Shown here piece after piece: positions 1-10,419 of a stretch of 64,000 nucleotides of DNA. The notes below the pieces were generated by a model. It had not been told where the DNA came from, did no database searches, and worked only from the letters and a program-made list of their open reading frames with translations. Numbering within the stretch: position 1 is the stretch's first letter; each line of letters starts with the position of its first letter. The translations under genes were made by a program, and so were the position numbers. Origin of the DNA: Flavobacteriales bacterium (lineage in GTDB: Bacteria; Bacteroidota; Bacteroidia; Flavobacteriales_F; PHOS-HE28); NCBI GenBank assembly GCA_017987115.1, contig JAGNUG010000006.1, positions 459 to 64,458 of the forward strand, given 5' to 3'.

Positions 1-389
1 TTGGTCGGGATCGGCAACTTCTGAGCTGCCAATCGCAACGCTTCTTTCGCTGTGGCCATTGGCACACCATCGATCTCGAAAATGATGCGACCTGCATGGC
101 ACACGGCCACCCAATGGTCCAACGATCCCTTACCCTTACCCATCCGCACCTCTGCAGGCTTGCTGGTTACCGGTTTATCAGGGAATACTTTGATCCAGAC
201 TTGACCTTCACGTTTCATGTAACGTGTTAGTGCAACACGGGCGCTTTCTATCTGGCGTCCGGTGAGCCAAACGCTCTCCATCCCCTTCAGACCGAACGAC
301 CCTAGGGCCACACGGTGTCCGCGCTGTGCTTGGCCTTTCATTCGGCCTTTGTGCATATTGCGACGTCTGCTACGTTTCGGTTGTAACAT
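1..389 (-). CDS. rplP: 50S ribosomal protein L16 (C-terminal end runs off the window)
   Basis: Absent from the ORF track because it is open at the window edge. Minus-strand ATG at 389, 5 nt after the rpsC stop, translates [35 protein letters not shown]...[22 protein letters not shown]...IIFEIDGV, which is L16-like. Its position after S3 fits S10-operon order. Confidence 0.93.
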   Translation of the reverse strand, partial: MLQPKRSRRRNMHKGRMKGQAQRGHRVALGSFGLKGMESVWLTGRQIESARVALTRYMKREGQVWIKVFPDKPVTSKPAEVRMGKGKGSLDHWVAVCHAGRIIFEIDGVPMATAKEALRLAAQKLPIPT

Positions 390-394
390 GGCTT

Positions 395-1204
395 TTAGCT
401 TTTACGGGTGTTTGGTCCACGCCCACCTCCTGCAGGCCCACGACGGTCTCCTCCTCTACGATCTGCTCCTGGTCCTCCACGGCGGTCTCCTCCTGGGCGA
501 CGGCCTGGACGATCTCCGCCCATGCGCGGTCCGCTTGGACCTCCTTTTGCCTGTCCTTGGTTCGGGCTTAGGTCCTGTTTGCCATATACCTCTCCGCGCA
601 TGATCCAGCATTTGATGCCGATCCTGCCCATTTTGGTGTGCGCTTCAGTAATAGCAAAATCGATATCCGCACGTAATGTGTGCAATGGCACACGACCATC
701 ACGGTACTTCTCCGTACGCGCGATCTCCGCTCCGTTCAAACGGCCGCTTACTTGCAATTTGATGCCTTCGGCACCCATGCGCATACTACTTGCAACGGCC
801 ATTTTCATGGCACGACGGAAACTGATACGGCCTTCGAGCTGGCGTGCGATGCTATCGGCAACCAAATGCGCATCCAATTCCGGACGCTTGATCTCGAAAA
901 TATTGATCTGGACATCTTTGCCTGTAAGCTTCTTCAGCTCCTCACGCAATTTGTCAACTTCAGTACCACCTTTACCGATGATCACGCCCGGGCGTGCGGT
1001 ATTGATCGTTACGGTGACCAACTTCAAGGTTCGCTCGATCACGATCTTACTCACGCTGGCTTTCTTAAGTCGCGCGATCAAGTACTTCCGGATCTGCTCG
1101 TCCTCGACCAGCTTGTCCGCATAATTCTTTCCGCCATACCAATTGCTGTCCCAGCCTTTGATAAAGCCAAGACGCTGTCCGGTCGGATGTGCTTTCTGTC
1201 CCAT
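395..1204 (-). CDS. rpsC: 30S ribosomal protein S3, with a 56-aa Gly/Arg-rich C-terminal tail
   Basis: 269-aa ORF starting [13 protein letters not shown], containing [10 protein letters not shown]; gene order is L22-S3-L16. Confidence 0.97.
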   Translation of the reverse strand: MGQKAHPTGQRLGFIKGWDSNWYGGKNYADKLVEDEQIRKYLIARLKKASVSKIVIERTLKLVTVTINTARPGVIIGKGGTEVDKLREELKKLTGKDVQINIFEIKRPELDAHLVADSIARQLEGRISFRRAMKMAVASSMRMGAEGIKLQVSGRLNGAEIARTEKYRDGRVPLHTLRADIDFAITEAHTKMGRIGIKCWIMRGEVYGKQDLSPNQGQAKGGPSGPRMGGDRPGRRPGGDRRGGPGADRRGGDRRGPAGGGRGPNTRKS

Positions 1205-1222
1205 GTTCTCTTTTCTCGGCTC

Positions 1223-1624
1223 TTAGTTGGCGGTGGCTGCATCCACGATCAAACTCACGTGGTTGCTACGTTTCTTCATTCTATATGCACGGCCTTGTGG
1301 TGCTGGAAGCATACGCTTCAAACCACGGGCCTCGTTCACTTGTACGCTTTTCACGAACAGGTCGGCATCTTCTGCACGTGCACCTTCGTTCTTGGCTTGC
1401 CAGTTCGCAACTGCACTAAGCAGAAGTTTCTCCAGATCACGGCTGCTATGGCGTGTGCTGAAACGAAGGATACCCAACGCTTTTTCAACCTTTTCACCAC
1501 GGATAAGATCAGCCACCTGACGCATGCGACGAGGGCTTGTGGGCACGTTGCGCAGTTGTGCTAGAGCCACGGTCTTCTTGGCTTCTTTGCGCGCATCGGC
1601 TGCTAATTTCTTTCTGGCTCCCAT
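1223..1624 (-). CDS. rplV: 50S ribosomal protein L22
   Basis: 133-aa ORF between S19 and S3, with L22-like core VPTSPRRMRQVADLIRG. Confidence 0.95.
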   Translation of the reverse strand: MGARKKLAADARKEAKKTVALAQLRNVPTSPRRMRQVADLIRGEKVEKALGILRFSTRHSSRDLEKLLLSAVANWQAKNEGARAEDADLFVKSVQVNEARGLKRMLPAPQGRAYRMKKRSNHVSLIVDAATAN

Positions 1625-1630
1625 CTATCC

Positions 1631-1900
1631 TTAGTTCTTCTTGTTACCGGAGTGGCCGCGGTAGGTGCGCGTTGGAGCGAACTCGCCCAATTTGTGGCCT
1701 ACCATATTCTCGGTCACGTAAACAGGTATGAATTTGTTCCCGTTGTGAACAGCGATCGTCAAACCCACGAAATCAGGGCTGATGGTGCTGGCACGTGACC
1801 AGGTCTTAATGACGTTCTTCTTGCCCGATGCTTGGGCGTCACCTACACGCTTATCAAGCTTGTAGTGAATGAACGGTGGTTTCTTGAGTGAACGGCTCAT
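1631..1900 (-). CDS. rpsS: 30S ribosomal protein S19
   Basis: 89 aa: [10 protein letters not shown]...[16 protein letters not shown]. Confidence 0.97.
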   Translation of the reverse strand: MSRSLKKPPFIHYKLDKRVGDAQASGKKNVIKTWSRASTISPDFVGLTIAVHNGNKFIPVYVTENMVGHKLGEFAPTRTYRGHSGNKKN

Positions 1901-1913
1901 GTTCTATTCTGCC

Positions 1914-2741
1914 TTATTTGGCGTTGATGCGTTCAATGATGAACTTGTTCGACGTATTTTTTGGTGCGCGGGTTTTTTTGCCTTTGGCCAATAGACCTTT
2001 CCGGCTTCTTGGATGACCACCTGAAGCGCGACCTTCACCACCACCCATTGGGTGATCGACCGGGTTCATTGCTACTGGACGGGTGCGTGGACGACGACCC
2101 TGCCAACGTGTACGACCAGCTTTACCGCTTTTCTGCAACATATGCTCGCTGTTGCCGACCGTACCTACCGTTGCCAAACAAGTGGTGAGGATCATGCGAA
2201 CTTCGCCACTTGGCATCTTCAGGGTCGCGTATTTTCCTTCACGAGCACTGAGCTGTGCAAACGTACCGGCACTACGTGCGATGGTTCCGCCTTGACCTGG
2301 CTTCAGTTCAATGTTATGCACGATGGTACCCAATGGGATCTCACCAAGAGGAAGACAATTGCCCACCTCAGGAGGAACGCCGGTGCCGCTCAACAATTCC
2401 TGCCCGACCTTCAATCCGTTCGGAGCAAGGATGTATCGCTTTTCACCATCGGCATAGAACAATAATGCGATACGTGCTGTGCGATTCGGATCGTACTCGA
2501 TCGTTTTTACCACAGCCGGAATACCGTGCTTGTTGCGCTTCATATCGATGTCGCGATAGCGCTGCTTATGACCACCGCCAATATAGCGCATGGTCATTTT
2601 ACCTTGGTTGTTACGGCCACCACTCTTGTGGATACCGCTGGTCAACGATTTCTCCGGGACCCGTGTTGTGACACCTTCGAAATCGGTGATCACTTTATGA
2701 CGAGTGCCGGGGGTGACCGGATTGAGTTTGCGTATGCCCAT
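1914..2741 (-). CDS. rplB: 50S ribosomal protein L2
   Basis: 275 aa with GGGHKQRYR and [14 protein letters not shown] motifs. Confidence 0.98.
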   Translation of the reverse strand: MGIRKLNPVTPGTRHKVITDFEGVTTRVPEKSLTSGIHKSGGRNNQGKMTMRYIGGGHKQRYRDIDMKRNKHGIPAVVKTIEYDPNRTARIALLFYADGEKRYILAPNGLKVGQELLSGTGVPPEVGNCLPLGEIPLGTIVHNIELKPGQGGTIARSAGTFAQLSAREGKYATLKMPSGEVRMILTTCLATVGTVGNSEHMLQKSGKAGRTRWQGRRPRTRPVAMNPVDHPMGGGEGRASGGHPRSRKGLLAKGKKTRAPKNTSNKFIIERINAK

Positions 2742-2744
2742 GAC

Positions 2745-3038
2745 TTAGATGCTGCTATAGAGGTCGATGGTCTCCCCGATTTTTACCGTTACGATCGCTT
2801 TCTTCCAGCTTTGCGTACGGCCTTTGAGGATCAGGCTCTTGGTGTAACGGGTGCGGTCCTTTCCGGCGCAGATCATGGTGCGTACACCCGTCACGGTGAC
2901 GTTGTACTCCTTCTCTACAGCTTGTTTGATCTGCACTTTATTGCTTGTCTTAGCGACCACGAATCCATAACGGTTCTCGTTCTCGCCTTGCGCCGTCATC
3001 TTTTCAGTGACGATAGGTCGTATGATGATCTGGCTCAT
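2745..3038 (-). CDS. rplW: 50S ribosomal protein L23
   Basis: Internal ATG at 3038 gives MSQIIIRPIVTEKM, a canonical L23 N-terminus. The longer track ORF (to 3080) would overlap the rplD 3' end. Confidence 0.92.
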   Translation of the reverse strand: MSQIIIRPIVTEKMTAQGENENRYGFVVAKTSNKVQIKQAVEKEYNVTVTGVRTMICAGKDRTRYTKSLILKGRTQSWKKAIVTVKIGETIDLYSSI

Positions 3039-3042
3039 TTTC

Positions 3043-3672
3043 TTACTTGGTGAGCGTTGCTTCCAACGGTCCGATCGCATCTTTCACGATCAACAATCCG
3101 GTGGCGTTCATAATATCGTACGTGTTCAATTCGCTGGCAACAACAACGCGAGTGCGCTGAATGTTGCGGGAGCTCAGGATGATATTGTCATCTTTTGATG
3201 GCACTACCAACAAACTCTTGCGACCACTGAGTTCGAAAGCTTTCAAGAAAGCAACGTATTCGCTGGTCTTCGGTGCAGACATCGACATCGCATCAACCAC
3301 ACGGATAGCTCCGTCCTTGGCCTTGTGCGTAAGGGCACTGCGACGTGCAAGGTCCTTCACCTTCTTGTTCAGTTTGAAATGGTAGTCGCGCGGCTTAGGG
3401 CCGAATACACGAGCTCCTCCTTTGAAGAGTGGGCTCTTGATGGACCCTTTACGGGATCCACCTGTACTTTTCTGGCGATGCAGCTTCTTCGTACTGCCGC
3501 TCATTTCGCTTTTCTCCAACGTCTTGGCCGTGCCTTGACGTTTGTTCGCCAAGTGCTGTTTCACGTCCAACCAAATGGCATGGTCGTTCGGCTCGATCGC
3601 GAAAACCGCGTCGTTCAGCTTGGCTTTTTTGCCGGTGGACTTACCGTCCTTGGTGTGTATATCCAGTTCCAT
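3043..3672 (-). CDS. rplD: 50S ribosomal protein L4
   Basis: 209-aa ORF between L3 and L23, basic and L4-like (GSTKKLHRQKSTGGSRKGS). Confidence 0.95.
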   Translation of the reverse strand: MELDIHTKDGKSTGKKAKLNDAVFAIEPNDHAIWLDVKQHLANKRQGTAKTLEKSEMSGSTKKLHRQKSTGGSRKGSIKSPLFKGGARVFGPKPRDYHFKLNKKVKDLARRSALTHKAKDGAIRVVDAMSMSAPKTSEYVAFLKAFELSGRKSLLVVPSKDDNIILSSRNIQRTRVVVASELNTYDIMNATGLLIVKDAIGPLEATLTK

Positions 3673-3673
3673 C

Positions 3674-4291
3674 TTACTTCCAGATGATAACGACGCTGCC
3701 TTTGGCTCCAGGAACGGTGCCTTTCAACAGGATCAAATTCTTTTCAGCATCGATCTTCAGAACACGAAGATTCTCAGTGGTTACTTTATTGCCACCCATA
3801 CGACCTGCCATACGCATTCCTTTGAATACACGGCTAGGGTATGAGGATCCGCCCAATGAACCTGGAGCTCGACTACGATCGTGCTGACCGTGAGTTGCTT
3901 CTCCTACTCCGCTGAATCCGTGGCGCTTCACAACACCTTGGAATCCTTTTCCTTTACTATTGGCAGTTACGGTGACGAAACCTCCTTCGAAGAAAAGGTC
4001 AACGCCCACCTTATCACCTAGTTTCAGGTCACGTGGGAATTCTTTGAACTCGTGGGTCTTCTTCTTTGGCGTGGTGCCAGCTTTCTTGAAGTGGCCCATA
4101 GCAGCAGCGGTGGTATTCTTTTCGCGCGCCTCACCATATGCAAGCTGAACAGCTTCGTAGCCATCCTTCTCCAAGGTCTTCACGTGGCTCACCACATTGG
4201 GTGTAGCCTCGATCACGGTACACGCTACCATCGACCCGTCCGCATCGAACAGGCTGGTCATGCCGATCTTTTTTCCGATCAATCCGCTCAT
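3674..4291 (-). CDS. rplC: 50S ribosomal protein L3
   Basis: 205 aa, [14 protein letters not shown]-terminus, [10 protein letters not shown] motif. Confidence 0.96.
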   Translation of the reverse strand: MSGLIGKKIGMTSLFDADGSMVACTVIEATPNVVSHVKTLEKDGYEAVQLAYGEAREKNTTAAAMGHFKKAGTTPKKKTHEFKEFPRDLKLGDKVGVDLFFEGGFVTVTANSKGKGFQGVVKRHGFSGVGEATHGQHDRSRAPGSLGGSSYPSRVFKGMRMAGRMGGNKVTTENLRVLKIDAEKNLILLKGTVPGAKGSVVIIWK

Positions 4292-4336
4292 TGTTCTTCT
4301 TTCTTAGTGCGTTGTTAGAAGCTTATCCAGTTTCTA

Positions 4337-4642
4337 TCAGACCTTGATCTCCACATCTACGCCACTGGGGAGTTCCAGTTTCATGAGGGCATCGATCGTC
4401 TTAGAGGACGAGCTATAGATGTCCATCATGCGCTTATAACTGCACAATTGGAACTGCTCACGTGCTGTCTTATTCACGTGTGGTGAGCGGAGCACTGTAA
4501 AAATGCGCTTGTGCGTAGGTAGTGGAATTGGTCCACTAACCACAGCGCCAGTGGTCTTTACCGTCTTAACGATCTTCTCGGCGCTCTTGTCGACGAGGTT
4601 GTGATCGTAAGATCGCAGCTTGATCCGGATCTTCTGGGTCAT
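4337..4642 (-). CDS. rpsJ: 30S ribosomal protein S10
   Basis: 101 aa, [14 protein letters not shown] and LRSPHVNK motifs; first gene of the S10 block. Confidence 0.97.
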   Translation of the reverse strand: MTQKIRIKLRSYDHNLVDKSAEKIVKTVKTTGAVVSGPIPLPTHKRIFTVLRSPHVNKTAREQFQLCSYKRMMDIYSSSSKTIDALMKLELPSGVDVEIKV

Positions 4643-4663
4643 CGCGTTCGGGTCAATTTGTTA

Positions 4664-6772
4664 TTAGGCTGAAACTTTACCACGCACTTTGGCCAAAACG
4701 GCTTCCGTTACGTTATTCGGTGCTGGGTCGTAATGGCTGAACTCCATAGTGCTACTTGCGCGGCCGCTGGACATGGTCCGTAGGCTGGTTACGTAACCGA
4801 ACATTTCGCTCAAAGGCACTGTACCCTTAATTGCTTTTGCTCCGGAACGGTCCTCCATTCCTTGAATGGTACCGCGGCGACGGTTCAGGTCACCAACAAT
4901 ATCACCCATATTCTCTTCAGGTGTGATCACTTCGATCTTCATGATCGGCTCCATCAATACCGGTTTGCAACGAGGCACTGCGGTACGGAAAGCGCTTTTC
5001 GCACAGATCTCAAAGCTCAATGCATCAGAATCCACATTGTGGAACGATCCATCGTACAAGGTCACTTTCATGGACTCCATCGGATAACCTGCAAGCACGC
5101 CGTTCTTCAACGATGCTTCAAAGCCCTTCTGAACAGGTCCAACGAATTCCTTCGGAATTGAACCGCCTTTGATCTCGTCGATGAACTCCAATCCAGCCTT
5201 CAATGGGTCGGTCTGTGGCTCAATGCGCACGTGTATATCAGCAAACTTACCACGACCACCGGTCTGTTTCTTATACAGCTCACGGTGCTCGATCGTACCG
5301 GTGATGGCCTCTTTGTATTTCACCTGAGGCGCGCCTTGGTTACACTCTACCTTGAATTCACGCTTCATACGATCCACTAGGATCTCCAAATGCAATTCGC
5401 CCATTCCGCTGATCACGGTCTGGCCAGTATCCTCGTCGGTGTGAACTTTGAACGTTGGATCCTCCTCGGCCAATTTGCCCAAGGCAGTTCCCATCTTATC
5501 CAGATCCGCTTGGGTCTTCGGTTCAATAGCAATACCAATAACGGGCTCCGGGAAGCTCATGCTCTCCAGAATGATCGGATGTGCTTCTGCACAAAGTGTA
5601 TCTCCAGTGCGGATGTCCTTGAAACCAACCGCGGCACCAATATCGCCCGCCTCAATACGCTCCACAGGATTCTGCTTGTTGGAGTGCATCTGGAAAATGC
5701 GGCTGATACGCTCCTTCTTATCACTACGTGTGTTCAACACGTAACTACCAGCGTCCAAAAATCCGCTATATGCACGGAAGAACGCCAGACGACCTACGAA
5801 AGGGTCAGTTGCTATCTTGAATGCCAATGCGGAGAACGGTTCATCCGGATCAGGGTGACGCTCGATCTCGGCATCCGTACGTGGATCGATACCAGTTACT
5901 GACTCAATATCCATAGGGCTAGGCAAATAAGCCATGACCGCATCGAGCATGGTCTGTACCCCTTTGTTCTTGAATGCGCTACCACATAGGATAGGCGTAA
6001 TGCTCATATTGATGGCGCTGATCCGGATCGCGTTCATGATCTCTGCCTCAGTAAGGCTATCGGGATCATTGAAATACTTCTCCATCAAGGAATCATCACT
6101 TTCTGCAACAGCCTCTATCAGTTTACCGCGCCATTCCTTGACCGTATCCACTAGATCGTCCGGAATAGGCACTTCGGTCCAAGTCATACCTTGGTCCGCT
6201 TCATTCCAGACCATTCCACGGTTGTTGATCAAGTCAACTACACCTAAGAAATCCGCTTCAGCTCCAATTGGCACTTGCAATGGAACAGGGTTAGCTCCTA
6301 AACGCTCGCGGATCTGGGCTACTACATTGAAGAAATCAGCACCGCTACGATCCATCTTGTTGACGAAACCGATACGCGGAACCTTATACTTATTTGCTTG
6401 ACGCCAAACGGTCTCACTCTGTGGCTCTACTCCGCCAACAGCGCAGAACAACGCAACGGCACCGTCCAATACGCGTAAACTACGCTCCACTTCAACAGTG
6501 AAATCCACGTGACCTGGCGTATCGATCAAGTTGATCTTGTACTTATCACCACGGTAATCCCAACTGGTCGTAGTAGCGGCAGAAGTGATCGTGATACCAC
6601 GCTCCTGCTCCTGAGCCATCCAATCCATAGTGGCTGCACCATCATGTACTTCACCGATCTTGTGAACAAGACCCGTGTAATACAGGATGCGCTCGGAAGT
6701 TGTGGTCTTCCCAGCATCGATGTGCGCCATGATGCCGATGTTGCGCGTGAATTTGAGGTCCCTTTTGGCCAT
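4664..6772 (-). CDS. fusA: Elongation factor G
   Basis: 702 aa with GTPase motifs [17 protein letters not shown] and NKMD; follows rpsG. Confidence 0.98.
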   Translation of the reverse strand: MAKRDLKFTRNIGIMAHIDAGKTTTSERILYYTGLVHKIGEVHDGAATMDWMAQEQERGITITSAATTTSWDYRGDKYKINLIDTPGHVDFTVEVERSLRVLDGAVALFCAVGGVEPQSETVWRQANKYKVPRIGFVNKMDRSGADFFNVVAQIRERLGANPVPLQVPIGAEADFLGVVDLINNRGMVWNEADQGMTWTEVPIPDDLVDTVKEWRGKLIEAVAESDDSLMEKYFNDPDSLTEAEIMNAIRISAINMSITPILCGSAFKNKGVQTMLDAVMAYLPSPMDIESVTGIDPRTDAEIERHPDPDEPFSALAFKIATDPFVGRLAFFRAYSGFLDAGSYVLNTRSDKKERISRIFQMHSNKQNPVERIEAGDIGAAVGFKDIRTGDTLCAEAHPIILESMSFPEPVIGIAIEPKTQADLDKMGTALGKLAEEDPTFKVHTDEDTGQTVISGMGELHLEILVDRMKREFKVECNQGAPQVKYKEAITGTIEHRELYKKQTGGRGKFADIHVRIEPQTDPLKAGLEFIDEIKGGSIPKEFVGPVQKGFEASLKNGVLAGYPMESMKVTLYDGSFHNVDSDALSFEICAKSAFRTAVPRCKPVLMEPIMKIEVITPEENMGDIVGDLNRRRGTIQGMEDRSGAKAIKGTVPLSEMFGYVTSLRTMSSGRASSTMEFSHYDPAPNNVTEAVLAKVRGKVSA

Positions 6773-6795
6773 TTTATCTTACTCTACGGTCGTTA

Positions 6796-7260
6796 TCAGA
6801 AGCGGAAGTGGCTGAACGCCTTGTTCGCCTCGGCCATTTTATGGATCTCTTCCTTCTTCTTAAATGCTGCACCTTCTTCTTTCGAAGCGGCCAAGATCTC
6901 ATTTGCGAGTTTCATTGGCATGCTGCGTTCATTGCGGTTGCGGGCGTACCCGATCAACCATTTCATCGCCAAGCTCTTCTTGCGGTCTTCGCGAACAGCT
7001 TGTGGTATCTGGAAGTTGGCTCCACCAACACGGCGGCTTCGCACTTCCACTTGCGGAGTAACATTGACAATGGCCTTACGGAATATCTCCAAGCCATCTT
7101 CGCCGCTTTTCTCTGCTACGATATCGATTGCGGCATAGAAGATGTCCAAAGACTTGCTCTTCTTACCGTCGTACATCAAATTATTCACGAACCGGGTTAC
7201 CTGCACGTCTCCGAACTTCGGGTCAGGCAAGGTGTTGTGTTTGATCGTCTTTTTACGCAT
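6796..7260 (-). CDS. rpsG: 30S ribosomal protein S7
   Basis: 154 aa, S7-like (VEVRSRRVGGANFQIP), between rpsL and fusA. Confidence 0.97.
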   Translation of the reverse strand: MRKKTIKHNTLPDPKFGDVQVTRFVNNLMYDGKKSKSLDIFYAAIDIVAEKSGEDGLEIFRKAIVNVTPQVEVRSRRVGGANFQIPQAVREDRKKSLAMKWLIGYARNRNERSMPMKLANEILAASKEEGAAFKKKEEIHKMAEANKAFSHFRF

Positions 7261-7279
7261 AGCTGCTTACTCGTGACGG

Positions 7280-7678
7280 TTACTTCTTCTTTGCTGGTGC
7301 TGCACCGGCTTTCGGGCGCTTGGTGCCGTACTTGCTGCGACGCTGGTTACGCCCTTCTACACCTGATGTATCCAGTACACCGCGGACGATGTGGTACTTA
7401 ACGCCCGGCAAGTCCTTTACACGACCACCGCGTACAAGTACAATACTGTGTTCTTGAAGGTTATGTCCTTCACCACCAATGTAGGCGATGACCTCGTAAC
7501 CATTGACCAAACGCACCTTAGCTACCTTCCGAAGCGCTGAATTCGGCTTCTTTGGAGTGGTGGTGTATACCTTGGTACATACGCCACGACGTTGTGGGCA
7601 AGAAGTCAATGCGATCGACTTGCTTTTGGTCTTAGGCGTTTGGCGACCCTTTCGGATGAGCTGTTGAATAGTTGGCAT
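7280..7678 (-). CDS. rpsL: 30S ribosomal protein S12
   Basis: ATG at 7678 gives [12 protein letters not shown], the conserved S12 start, and [10 protein letters not shown] is present. The track ORF begins at an upstream GTG (7765) that would run through the predicted promoter. Confidence 0.95.
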   Translation of the reverse strand: MPTIQQLIRKGRQTPKTKSKSIALTSCPQRRGVCTKVYTTTPKKPNSALRKVAKVRLVNGYEVIAYIGGEGHNLQEHSIVLVRGGRVKDLPGVKYHIVRGVLDTSGVEGRNQRRSKYGTKRPKAGAAPAKKK

Positions 7679-7738
7679 GAGCTCCTTTTCGTCTTGACTT
7701 TCAGGTGTTTTCGCTCTACAGTGGGCGAAATCGGGCTG

Positions 7739-7746
7739 CAAATGTA
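7739..7746 (-). promoter_or_regulatory. Putative Bacteroidota -7 promoter box (TACATTTG) for the rpsL-led operon
   Basis: The coding strand reads TACATTTG, matching TAnnTTTG, about 60 nt upstream of the rpsL ATG, followed by GCAGCCC. Confidence 0.45.
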
Positions 7747-7984
7747 ACTGAATTGGCTTTTCCACGAAGATGTGTTGAAGGAAAATTTACTGCAATGATC
7801 CGGGTTCTGGATCGAAAATGACCCTGACCAGCTATTATTCTTTACCGTAAAGTCCTGTGATCGTAGGATCTCATCGACTCCAATCCAAAACGTACCAGAT
7901 CCACGAATCGTCTTCGAATTCTTTCATCTTATCACAAATAGCTGCCTGCGTATTACCTTTGTTAATATCATTTGATACTAATCC

Positions 7985-8986
7985 ATGGATATTGGCAGTG
8001 TAACTTACTACTCGATCAGTCCCAGAATGCTGAACCTGTTAGCGACAATACATCAACGTTTGGGGGAAGTGCATGCCCGGCACTTGCACAAGCCGCATCC
8101 CGGGCTTGAAAAAGCATACCATATAAGCAGTGTCCACAGCACGCTGGCTCTGGAAGGAAGCACATTGGATGCATTACCGGTTGCAGAACTGGTGGACAAG
8201 CCTGCTACAGCAAAGGCCGGCTCTGCTGACCTTGAAGCGGTAAACACCCACCGTGCGTACGAATTGTTGCCCGCATTGGACCCATTTGTGGCACAGGACC
8301 TACGCCAAGCACACAGTGTTCTGATGCATGGGCTGGCAATTGATGCTGGCCATTTTCGCACGGGTGCAATGGATGTGCTCTATGGCGACCCTGAACCGTT
8401 GCGTGTCGCAAGTGCACATGATATCCCTGTCAACGTACAGGAACTCCTACGCAGCGCGGAAGACGATGATTTTCCATCTTTAATAACCAGTTGTGTGCTG
8501 CACTTCGGGTTGGTCTATCTGCGTCCGTTCACTGCAGGGAATGGGCGACTTGCTCGACTTTGGCAGAAACGGATGTTGATGCAGCACTGGCCGGTTTTTG
8601 GCTATTTACCGATCGAAGCATTCATATTAAATGCCCAACCCGCCTATTACGCCGCAATGGAATACGCGGATCGCAGAGGCGATTGCGGAGAGTTCATTGT
8701 CTACCTGCTGGAACGTATTGATGAAGCGTTGGCTGAATTGCTTAACACACCCGATCCAGTGAGAACTCCATTGGACCGGATGGAACTCTTCCTCCAGAAC
8801 GGACCATTGCGCGGTAGTACGGAACGATCTTTCCGCCGTAAGGACTACTTGATCTTTTACCCGGAACTGAGCACGGCCACAGCCAGTAGGGATCTACAGG
8901 AATCCGTCGCGACCGATCGGATCCTCATAGCGGGAACAAGGAGAACCGCGGTTTATAGAGCAAAAAAAAATCTGACGTTTCTGTGA
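7985..8986 (+). CDS. Fic/DOC-family protein with degenerate catalytic motif and C-terminal winged-helix-like region
   Basis: 333 aa. It has TLALEG, matching the (S/T)xxxE(G/N) inhibitory-type motif. The core reads RPFTAGNGRLAR, versus the HxFx(D/E)GNGRxxR consensus. Confidence 0.8.
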   Translation: MDIGSVTYYSISPRMLNLLATIHQRLGEVHARHLHKPHPGLEKAYHISSVHSTLALEGSTLDALPVAELVDKPATAKAGSADLEAVNTHRAYELLPALDPFVAQDLRQAHSVLMHGLAIDAGHFRTGAMDVLYGDPEPLRVASAHDIPVNVQELLRSAEDDDFPSLITSCVLHFGLVYLRPFTAGNGRLARLWQKRMLMQHWPVFGYLPIEAFILNAQPAYYAAMEYADRRGDCGEFIVYLLERIDEALAELLNTPDPVRTPLDRMELFLQNGPLRGSTERSFRRKDYLIFYPELSTATASRDLQESVATDRILIAGTRRTAVYRAKKNLTFL

Positions 8987-9013
8987 TATCATTCCCGTAG
9001 CGAACTTTGACAC

Positions 9014-10288
9014 ATGAAGTACTCAACTCTCTTCGTTCTTTTGTTTTCACTCGGGTTATTTGCCCAAACGAACTATACCAGCTACTTTACCGGAAATTCC
9101 ATTGACATTGTAACGCAACCGATGGGTGGCATGTGCATGATGGGTGGTGCCACCGAAGATGATAATGCGATGATCTGGTTCCTACAGCAAGCAAATGGTG
9201 GCGATATTCTTGTATTGCGTGCAAGTGGTAGCGATGGATACAATGATTATTTGTATTCAGATCTTGGTGTGCCAGTGAATTCAGTGGAAACCATTGTTTT
9301 CTCGAATGCTTCTGCAAGCTCAGAATCCTATGTTCATGAACGGATCCGACAAGCAGAGGCCATTTGGTTCGCTGGTGGCGATCAATGGGACTATATCTCA
9401 TATTGGCAGAACACTCCTGTTGATAGTTTGATCAATATCGCCTTGGACCAACGCAACATCGTTATTGGTGGCACTAGCGCAGGCATGGCCATTCTTGGTG
9501 GACATCGCTTTACCGCACAGAACGGAACGGTTACATCGGATGCAGCATTAAGTGATCCTTACAACACGGATGTGCAGATCGGTTCGGATGCATTTCTGGA
9601 CTTGCCAATTATGAGCGATGTTATTACTGACAGCCATTACGATGATCCCGACCGTAAAGGCAGGCATTTTACGTTCTTGGCGCGCATTCTGACAGACCAA
9701 GGCGTTGAAGCAAAGGGCATAGCCTGTAATGAATACACCGCAGTTTGTGTTGGCGAAGACGGAATCGCACATGTGTATGGTGGCTATCCAACGTACGATG
9801 AGTTCGCCTACTTTTTGCGTGTTGATTGTAATAACCCTACCGTTCCGCAGCAATGTGAACCGAGCATACCTTTGACATGGAACCTAAACGGTTTAGCGGT
9901 AAAAGCGTTCAAGGCTCCGGGTGTTCCAACAGGTGCGACCACTTTCGACCTTAATACTTGGCAAGAGGGTTCCGGTGGTTCGTGGGAGGATTGGACCGCA
10001 GTGAGCGGAATACTAAACACCACTCCCACAGCACCGATCAGTTGCGCCGTTGGATCATCAGAATTGGGAGATGATCATATCACCTTATATAACACGTATG
10101 CAGGTGTGGTACTTAAAGGTATTGATGACCGATCATATATTGAAATGACCGATGTTTCCGGTCGAAAGGTCCCCTTTACCTATCGCCTGCAAATGGATGA
10201 AACTCTTGTGACCTCGGACTCTGAAGGCCTGCTACTTGTAAGGGTACTCCATCATTCTCGATGGACAACTTGGAAGGTCTTACGGTAG
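9014..10288 (+). CDS. Secreted peptidase S51 (cyanophycinase-like) protein with probable T9SS C-terminal sorting domain
   Basis: The signal peptide is MKYSTLFVLLFSLGLFAQ. GGTSAGMAILG is a nucleophile-type motif and TDSHYDDPDRKGRHFTFLAR resembles the cyanophycinase DxHF..R.GR block. The last ~80 aa form a beta-rich tail ending LLLVRVLHHSRWTTWKVLR. Confidence 0.65.
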   Translation: MKYSTLFVLLFSLGLFAQTNYTSYFTGNSIDIVTQPMGGMCMMGGATEDDNAMIWFLQQANGGDILVLRASGSDGYNDYLYSDLGVPVNSVETIVFSNASASSESYVHERIRQAEAIWFAGGDQWDYISYWQNTPVDSLINIALDQRNIVIGGTSAGMAILGGHRFTAQNGTVTSDAALSDPYNTDVQIGSDAFLDLPIMSDVITDSHYDDPDRKGRHFTFLARILTDQGVEAKGIACNEYTAVCVGEDGIAHVYGGYPTYDEFAYFLRVDCNNPTVPQQCEPSIPLTWNLNGLAVKAFKAPGVPTGATTFDLNTWQEGSGGSWEDWTAVSGILNTTPTAPISCAVGSSELGDDHITLYNTYAGVVLKGIDDRSYIEMTDVSGRKVPFTYRLQMDETLVTSDSEGLLLVRVLHHSRWTTWKVLR

Positions 10289-10402
10289 ATCGCACTGCGC
10301 GACTGCCCTCCATTATGAGAATTGCATAGCAACTAAGTTCAGGTCAATGGCTTAGCGATCCATCGGTTGAGAACTTAACCGGAACGCACTGCAACACGCT
10401 CT

Positions 10403-10410
10403 TACCTTTG
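10403..10410 (+). promoter_or_regulatory. Putative -7 box (TACCTTTG)
   Basis: TAnnTTTG match 9 nt before the helicase ATG, which would imply a very short leader. Confidence 0.35.
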
Positions 10411-10419
10411 CCACATTCC

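Noticed and set aside
398-565. Repetitive GC-rich DNA that could be mistaken for a tandem or CRISPR-like repeat
   Set aside because: The repeats are imperfect, in frame, and encode the GGDRR tail of S3. They have no spacer architecture.
408-1564. Long plus-strand ORFs (408-1124, 238 aa; 680-1564, 294 aa) opposite rpsC/rplV
   Set aside because: These are antisense shadows of highly conserved ribosomal genes. Their translations are low-complexity or Pro/Arg/Ser-rich with no recognisable family.
3039-3080. Longer rplW ORF overlapping the end of rplD
   Set aside because: The canonical L23 start MSQIIIRPIVTEKM is at 3038, and the extension has no homology-like features.
4643-4663. Missing tufA between fusA and rpsJ, which looked like a deletion in the str operon
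   Set aside because: As far as I know, in Bacteroidota tuf normally sits elsewhere and fusA is followed directly by rpsJ. The 21-nt gap shows no remnant.
7679-7765. N-terminal 29-aa extension of the rpsL ORF (GTG at 7765)
   Set aside because: The conserved S12 N-terminus MPTIQQLIR starts at the ATG at 7678. The extension would also include the TACATTTG promoter box.
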